Made by a program: the position numbers and the translations under genes. The notes under the pieces were generated by a model. That model saw only the letters and a list, made by a program, of their open reading frames with translations. It ran no database searches and was not told the origin of the DNA. 64,000 nucleotides of DNA, from contig OZ242186.1 of NCBI GenBank assembly GCA_965205675.1, forward strand, positions 1,664,001 through 1,728,000, read 5' to 3'. This document shows, in pieces, positions 62,238-64,000 of the stretch; the first letter of the stretch is position 1, and each line of letters begins with the position of its first letter. This DNA comes from Nitrosopumilus sp. GTDB taxonomy: Archaea; Thermoproteota; Nitrososphaeria; Nitrososphaerales; Nitrosopumilaceae.

Positions 62238-63438
62238 TTTCTTTTCGCAATAAAGATTCTGTCTCTTTAATGGATTTGTTAATAGAGTTGGAAATTTTCT
62301 TCAAATCCTCAAATTCAATTTTAAAATCAATATTACCTTTAAATGAAGATTTTTTGTAACTAATTTGATAAGAATTCCCGTTTAGAGATAATGAAACATT
62401 ATGAATAGAACGCGGTACGATAAATCGATTAGAATTAAAAATTCTGATTCCTAAAGTACCAGTTTCTAATACCAGTGTATCAACAACATTATCTACAGTT
62501 ACATCATCACATATTACAGATACAAGATTAGTAGGTCTGCCTTTCTTTGTAATTCCGTGATAAATTGAAACGTCACGTGCTCCCTTTCCCATAATTTTTT
62601 CAATCAAATTTCCCAATATTTCACCTGAAATATCATCTACGTTTGTTTCTAAAATTTTCACAGAATCAACATCTAAATGATTTTCAGCACCATGGATTAT
62701 TTTTAGAACATTAGCAAAAGTGTCAAAATCTTTTTGACCTGCACCATAACCTATAGAATTAACCTTCATTGGTGGATAATATTCCAGAGAATCATGAGTC
62801 AAATTTACCAAAATGCAGGCCCCAGTCGGAGTAGTAAGTTCTTCATTTGAATCATTTCCTTTAATGATCAAATTTGAATTTTTGAAAATTTCCAATATTG
62901 CACTAGCTGGATTAGACATAGTACCATGAGAAAATCTAACAGATCCCCCACCAACAGAAATAGGTAAACAAAAGATCTTTTCATCAAACAGATCTAGATC
63001 ATTTAAAGCAATTGTAGTTCCAACAATATCTATCAAGGTGTCAATACTAGAGGTCTCATGAAAATGAACAGAATCTTCAGAGATTCCATGAATTTTTGAT
63101 TCTGAAGAAATCAAAGTATCAATGCAAGATTTAGCAAAGAAACTAGCTTTTTCTGATAGTCCTAATTCATCTATAGAACTAACAATTGCATTTTTTATTT
63201 CAATTCCTTTTCGTTCATGAAGATGCTCATCAAGTTCTAAAACTAAACAACAAGATTCAATTCCATGTTTTTGAACTTTATCAAAACCAATTTTCTGAAT
63301 AATAGAATCTGGAAGAAATTTTGCAGACTGTTTAACTCCAGAAATTATTTTGTCTTTATTTGCACCTAGATCTACCAAAGAACACAGAAGCATATCTCCA
63401 GAAATACCTGCAATTTGTGGATCTATCACGATAACCAT
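62203..63438 (-). CDS. larC: nickel insertase LarC
   Basis: GISGDM, HFHE, TPTGA, ETNVDD, KKGRP and ETGTLGIR. Confidence 0.92.
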   Translation of the reverse strand: MVIVIDPQIAGISGDMLLCSLVDLGANKDKIISGVKQSAKFLPDSIIQKIGFDKVQKHGIESCCLVLELDEHLHERKGIEIKNAIVSSIDELGLSEKASFFAKSCIDTLISSESKIHGISEDSVHFHETSSIDTLIDIVGTTIALNDLDLFDEKIFCLPISVGGGSVRFSHGTMSNPASAILEIFKNSNLIIKGNDSNEELTTPTGACILVNLTHDSLEYYPPMKVNSIGYGAGQKDFDTFANVLKIIHGAENHLDVDSVKILETNVDDISGEILGNLIEKIMGKGARDVSIYHGITKKGRPTNLVSVICDDVTVDNVVDTLVLETGTLGIRIFNSNRFIVPRSIHNVSLSLNGNSYQISYKKSSFKGNIDFKIEFEDLKKISNSINKSIKETESLLRKEIEILENKNANS

Positions 63439-63527
63439 GATTAAAAATCATCAAAAATGCTTATAAATTCGACTAATGTTTCAAAAATTTCACTAGATTT
63501 AATTATTGAAAATTAATGCTGATTTTT

Positions 63528-64000
63528 ATGATCACAATTATCGGATCTGGGAAAGTAGGTGGAGATGCAGCGTTATTTTCAGCACTAAAGCGATTAGATG
63601 ATCAAATTTTATTATTAGATGTAGCTGAGGGTCTTCCACAAGGAGAAGCAATGGACATTAATCATATGCTATCAGAGCAAGGAATTGATGTTGAAGTAAA
63701 AGGTTCTAATGATTTTGCAGACATGAGGGGTTCAGATGTTGTAGTGGTAGTAGCAGGTTCTGGAAGAAAACCAGGAATGACAAGAATGGATCTTTTAAAA
63801 ATTAATGCATCAATAGTAAAGAGTGTAGTAGAAAATGTAAAAAAATATGCAGATAATTCCATGATTATTCCGGTTACTAATCCACTAGATCCAATGACAT
63901 ACATCACTTACAAAGTCTCAGGATTTGACAGAAGCAGGGTTTTCGGTATGGGAGGAATGCTAGATTTATCAAGATTTAGACAATTTATTCATGAAGCAAC
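63528..64000 (+). CDS. mdh: malate dehydrogenase (LDH-like), 5' part, runs off the window
   Basis: Manual translation [11 protein letters not shown]...[13 protein letters not shown]...VTNPLD...LDLSRF. Confidence 0.92.
   Translation, partial: MITIIGSGKVGGDAALFSALKRLDDQILLLDVAEGLPQGEAMDINHMLSEQGIDVEVKGSNDFADMRGSDVVVVVAGSGRKPGMTRMDLLKINASIVKSVVENVKKYADNSMIIPVTNPLDPMTYITYKVSGFDRSRVFGMGGMLDLSRFRQFIHEA

Overview
AT-rich archaeal DNA from a Nitrosopumilus-type ammonia-oxidising thaumarchaeote. Diagnostic features: unsplit RpoA and RpoB, an 11-subunit complex I without NuoEFG, acetyl/propionyl-CoA carboxylase, PEFG-CTERM surface proteins and archaeal tRNAs. Core blocks (nuo, acc, rfcL, rpoHBA, larC-larE-iscS, mdh) are intact and are interrupted by four accessory regions. 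(1) 1-4.7 kb: a nest in which an IS110 sits inside an IS110 inside an ISH3-family element. The 3' non-coding ends fold like two-lobed bridge/seek RNAs whose variable loops match each element's own insertion junctions. (2) 17-31.7 kb: a defence island with two tyrosine recombinases, two hicBA pairs and a type I R-M locus whose two convergent hsdS copies are linked by nested inverted repeats, a candidate archaeal hsdS shufflon. (3) 42.9-47.7 kb: an island with a wHTH-nucleotidyltransferase fusion coupled to a truncated P-loop gene. (4) 55.4-60.3 kb: a PEFG-CTERM array with nucleotide-identical 3' ends and IS debris. All family assignments come from motifs read by eye; no database searches were run.
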